A stretch of 25,000 nt of DNA from contig CATOCA020000040.1 of NCBI GenBank assembly GCA_951406725.2, forward strand, positions 1-25,000, in the 5' to 3' direction. The stretch's first letter is position 1. Every line of letters begins with the position of its first letter. Origin of the DNA: Octopus vulgaris (lineage: Eukaryota). A program made the position numbers and the translations under genes. Shown here piece by piece: positions 21,451-25,000 of this stretch. Below the pieces are notes generated by a model. It was not told the origin of the DNA and did not search any database. It saw only the letters and a list, made by a program, of their open reading frames with translations.

Positions 21451-21680
21451 AAGTAATTTGGGTTATAATTAATGTAGATGAAGCTGGGTTATTAGCAGTT
21501 ACTCAACAGATGTCACGATTTGAGTTTGGCAGGCCATCAGCACAGAACCCTTCAAATCCATTTGATGTTAATTCCCCCAAAATCAACCACTCGGATTCTT
21601 CTGAACTAACTGGTGCTGTAGACACCATACATTCCCAGGGCGTAAACCATTATAACAACTCTGACCAAGTTGTATTACAT
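21451..21680 (+). CDS. ILRUN: ILRUN internal coding exon C (end of FW domain plus low-complexity C-terminal region)
   Basis: Acceptor TTTTTCATTTTATTGCAG|AA, in frame with exon B (G|AA = Glu). Encodes EVIWVIINVDEAGLLAVTQQMSRFEFGRPSAQNPSNPFDVNSPK...DQVVLH (vertebrate DVIWVILSVEVGGLLGVTQQLS). Strong donor CAT|GTGAGT after 21680 (phase 0); the 3' end is less certain than the 5' end. Confidence 0.88.
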
Positions 21681-22576
21681 GTGAGTATAACTTTCAGTTG
21701 TATTATTGAGTTTTATAGAATACACATTTGAAAGGAATGCTTGACGCAGAAAGCAATTACACACTGAGTTTGTAATCGTTTTCTGACACATTTTCAATTA
21801 AGTGAGTTTGGGCTTTGGAAATTCTGCTAATTTCAGAACCTCTGGGGAGGATGATTTCTTGTCTACTTTTAGACAGTAGGACTATTTTTCAATCATACAC
21901 TCTTACTGTTTAAGCAATAAGATATTATGTTCTTTTTCCACAGCTAAGTAGACTTATACTAATATGATATGTCTTGCACTGTGATACGATATTGTGCTAA
22001 TAATGACAAATCAATTATCAGTTCTCCAACTTGTAGTTTGAAGAAAACTGACACAATTAATGATTTAGAACAAATATTTAAAAACAAAAATGAACCATGT
22101 AATTTTAGTTTTCTTAGTATTATTCTGAAATAAATTTGGTTTTATCTGATCACTTATTCTTTTCTTGTTTTAATTTTACAATTGTTACTGAAGTATCTCA
22201 AAAGTCGGCCTTACTTATGTTATAAAATTGTTGACATTGAGAAGCCACATTGTGGGAGTTTCAAACTCTCTAATCTTGTTGCTATAACAAGCAAAATAGA
22301 TACAGTTAAGTAACCCTACAGGCAATTTTTTATTTTCTTTACACTCTTCCAAACACTTTCTCCTACATGTACTCTATTCTTTTCTCAATCTCTTCCTCTG
22401 AGTGGAGAGAGAGAGAAAGAGAGAATTCCTAGTTTTCTAAATGGATATTTTAAGAACATTTCAGTTTAAATAATTTGCAAAATTGTGGAGGATGGGACGT
22501 GTGTGTAACCATCAAAATTTGTTTACTAAATTTATTTGGGAAGTTGCATTCTTAGAGCTACAACTTATTGAAGATG

Positions 22577-22773
22577 TGTTGTGGAAGGATTCCAACCACA
22601 CTGCAAGTGACTAAAGGTGAGTGATTGGCAGTTCGGGTTGGTAAGCAGTTCACTGTGAGTCATGGTTGAGAGAGTGGTGTGTCTTGTGTAATAGTAATAG
22701 TAGTGTGTCATGTAAATACTTTCTTTCCTCACTGCTTCGTTATATTATGTATGCAACATACAAGGATATAAAA
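22577..22773 (+). repeat. 5' LTR
   Basis: Homologous to 24247-24455; preceded by TSD AGATG and followed by the PBS. Confidence 0.9.
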
Positions 22774-22847
22774 GTGGCAGTGAGTTGTTTAAAGCTTGCA
22801 TATAAAAAATTTTTTGGGTACGAGACCAAAGAAAATGTCATTTTAAC

Positions 22848-23470
22848 ATGGAGAACTTATTGGCCTCTGTGGTGCAATTGCAACAGCAACAACAACAAAG
22901 CCAACAGTTGCTGGAATTAATATTGAAGAAGTTTGAAAATACTTCAGGTCCGTACTTGTCAGACAGTGTAGCAAACTCAATTGAAGAATTCAGCTATAAT
23001 CCAGAGGAAGCGATTACCTTCTCTGCATATTTTTGAAGATATGAAGAAATCTTCAAAGAAGAGTGTAAAAGTTGGTCCAATGAGAAAAAGTATGACTACT
23101 TTTAAGAAAGTTATCCACTGCCAAACACGAAAAATATAGTAATTATATTCTGCTGAAGAAGCCAGGTGAGATTTGTTTCAATGAAACAATATTTTATCGA
23201 AAATTTTCAGTGAAAGAAGTTCCCAGTTCACTACTCGCTGGCAATGTTTAAATTTAATCAAAAAAGACAATGAAGATTTCATCACCTATGCTGGAGTGGT
23301 TAACAGAGAGTGTGAGAAATTCAAACTGAAAGAATTAACCCAGGACATGTTCAAGTGTTTAATTTTTGTTCAGAGGCTTCCTACAAAGAAAGATGCAGAT
23401 ATGCGTTCCTGGAAATTTACAAAATTAGAACAAGATCAAAATTTAACTTTGCAGGCAGTGGCAGAAGAAT
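22848..23470 (+). pseudogene. gag: Gypsy/Mag gag pseudogene
   Basis: MENLLASVVQLQQQQQQ..SVANSIEEFSYNPEEAITFSAYF*RYEEIFKEECKSWSNEKK..LLRKLSTAKHEKYSNYIL..RWQCLNLIKKDNEDFITYAGVVNRECEKFKL..FKCLIFVQRL..LEQDQNLTLQAVAEE, a K02A2.6-like gag. One in-frame stop and frameshifts. Confidence 0.8.
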
Positions 23471-23579
23471 CATCATCATCATCACTTAACATCCATTGTC
23501 TATACAGGCATGGGTTGGACAGTTTGACCAGGGCTGACAAGCTGGAAGTCTGCATCAAGCAGCAGTCTGTTTTGGTATG
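23470..23579 (-). mobile_element. RTE/RTEX 3'-tail copy nested in the Gypsy element
   Basis: (TCA)n, then CTTAACATCCATT..GGCATGGGTTGGACAGTTTGACCAGGGCTG..GTCTGTTTTGGTATG; homologous to 11824-11980. Confidence 0.8.
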
Positions 23580-24178
23580 ATGGACAATTTTGCACTCCAG
23601 CAATTTCTAAGAGTGTACTGAATAACACCTAATCCGAATACACTGTCAGGAATATCACCTGAAGAATTGATGTTTGTTAGAAAGGTCAGATCCGTCTTTG
23701 ATAAGCTGATACTGAATAAAAAAGAAAAAACAAAAATACTTCAAAATTCTTCAAGTTAGGTGACAGTTTATTTTAAAAACCTATATATATATATATATAT
23801 GGTAAAAAAAAAAAAAACTGGGAGGATGGTCATCATCATCATCGTTTAACGTCCACTTTCCATGCTAACATGGGTTGGACGATTTGACTGAGGACTGGCT
23901 AACCAGATGGCTGCACAAGGCTCCAATCTTGATCTGGCAGAGTTTTAAATAAATTGGAAGAATGTTATTCCTGGTAAAAGGAAAAAATGTCAAACATAAA
24001 AGACATTAAACAACTTAAAAAAAAGATTCATAAAAAAAATGGTCACGAGAAATGAAATCCTCCATACAAGTATTGTACGATGCGTTTGAGGTATCAACAC
24101 ACAAACACTTTGTTCTAGCACCAGAAAATGGAAAAGAACGGAAACACTGGAATTGAACCCTAAATGTAAGAGATATTA
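23580..24178 (+). pseudogene. Gypsy integrase C-terminal remnant
   Basis: FALQQFLRVY*ITPNPNTLSGISPEELMFVRKVRSVFDKL (FLxxYRxTP..SPAELMFGR motif), then FKLGD..WEDG..IGRMLFLVK..KRH..LKKR..LELNPKCKRY*. Interrupted by (TA)n and a LINE-tail insertion. Confidence 0.75.
23831..23944 (-). mobile_element. Second RTE/RTEX 3'-tail copy nested in the Gypsy element
   Basis: (CAT)n, then CGTTTAACGTCCACTTTCCATGCTAACATGGGTTGGACGATTTGACTGAGGACTGG..GATCTGGCAGAG; a close reverse complement of about 3153-3255. Confidence 0.88.
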
Positions 24179-24246
24179 AAACTCTGAGCAGAGTTTAATT
24201 TTCAAAAGGGGAGAAGATAGAGGAGACTAATTCTAAAAAGGGGAGA

Positions 24247-24455
24247 TGTTGTGGAAGGATTCAGACAACCCCACAAGTGACTAAAGTTGGACTGACTGGT
24301 TATAAAACAAATAACTGTGAGCAATTGACAGTTCAGGTTGTGAGCTGTGGTCGAGAGCATTGAGACTTGTGTAATAGTCATAGTAGTGCATCTTGTAAAT
24401 ACTTTCTTTCCCCTTGCTTCATTATATTATATATCCAGCATACAAGGATATGAAA
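24247..24455 (+). repeat. 3' LTR
   Basis: Preceded by the PPT and followed by TSD AGATG. Confidence 0.9.
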
Positions 24456-24492
24456 AGATGTAAGGATGAAACTCTATAAGATGATTACATTG

Positions 24493-24615
24493 TCTTTTAT
24501 TCTTTTATTAGCCTCAATCATTGGATTAGTGCTGTGCTGGGGCACCACATTCAGTGATTTAGCCAACTAAATCAATCCCAATATTGATTTTATTGATGTT
24601 GGGAGGATTAGAAGC
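24493..24615 (-). mobile_element. Decayed SINE 3' fragment (family of 3471-3600)
   Basis: TCTTTTATTCTTTTA..CAATCATTGGATTAGTGCTGTGCTGGGGCACCAC..AATCAATCCCAATA resembles 3473-3565. Confidence 0.55.
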
Positions 24616-24624
24616 AATATAGTC

Positions 24625-24777
24625 TTACCCTTTAGCATTCAGATTACTTTGTCGAATGTAATGCTTATTTCTTCTTTATTGTTAAAACGACATTCTAGGG
24701 TAGGTGGGAAAGGCTGGATCTGGACAGTTTGAATATAAAACAAATTGAATATTTTGGCCAGCAATGGCCAGTTTAAA
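24625..24777. mobile_element. Possible truncated TTAA/CCC-terminated (piggyBac-like) MITE
   Basis: The left end TTACCCTTTAGCATTCAGA resembles a TTAACCCTTTAGCATT terminus that I recall from octopus repeats. The right TIR appears lost after GCCAGTTTAAA. This rests on recall only. Confidence 0.35.
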
Positions 24778-24874
24778 GAATATTTTGGAACATAAATAGA
24801 CAAAACAACATTTCGAAGAATTTTGCCTGCTGCTCTGCTGGTTCTTTCGTCTATATACTCAATGTACTGTACTC

Positions 24875-24932
24875 TAAAAGTTGGTGCCCCATGCTGGCCT
24901 CAGTCACATGATTGAAAGACAATTAAAGAATA
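24875..24932 (+). mobile_element. SINE 3'-end fragment
   Basis: GGTGCCCCATGCTGGCCTCAGTCACATGATTGAAAGACAATTAAAGAATA is approximately the reverse complement of 3475-3528 and 24493-24546. Confidence 0.5.
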
Positions 24933-25000
24933 TGTATATCTCTTTACTTTTATTCTTAAATAGGTCATTTTTGACATGAGTTAATATTCGAATACGTAAT

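Larger units (their letters stand above)
22577..24455 (+). mobile_element. Internally deleted Ty3/Gypsy (Mag-like) LTR retrotransposon
   Basis: Direct LTRs at 22577-22773 and 24247-24455, both starting TGTTGTGGAAGGATTC. 5-bp TSD AGATG (22572-22576 and 24456-24460). PBS-like TGGCAGTGAG at 22775 and PPT AAAAAGGGGAGA at 24235-24246. Gag and integrase C-terminal remnants lie inside. Confidence 0.92.

Noticed and set aside
22848-23036. Poly-Q ORF as a further ILRUN exon or host gene
   Set aside because: It lies just after the PBS inside the LTR element and continues as Mag-type gag across a stop codon.
1-25000. A novel multi-gene or prokaryote-type system (operon, defence island, CRISPR)
   Set aside because: The sequence is spliced eukaryotic DNA. 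Every ORF with recognisable motifs is either an ILRUN exon or a broken TE fragment, and the remaining short ORFs look like noise.

Overview
AT-rich eukaryotic genomic DNA, most likely Octopus or another coleoid cephalopod. This is inferred from the tRNA-derived SINE family, the RTE-type LINE tails and the microsatellite density; no database check was possible. The only host gene is ILRUN (C6orf106-like; UBA-like plus NBR1-FW domain) on the + strand. Three internal coding exons (10154-10308, 16449-16646, 21451-21680) have canonical AG/GT sites and splice in frame; the first and last exons are not visible in the window. The rest is intron filled with decayed transposable elements: two RTE-type LINE families, tRNA-derived SINEs, a heavily deleted Hero/R2-type RLE retrotransposon, a Penelope-like GIY-YIG remnant between ~190-bp inverted repeats, MITE/TIR elements, and an internally deleted Gypsy (Mag-like) LTR element with both LTRs, PBS, PPT and a 5-bp TSD. 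I see no evidence for a new multi-gene system. The most notable features are the many inverted-repeat pairs around the exons (candidate ADAR or back-splicing substrates) and several nested or chimeric elements.
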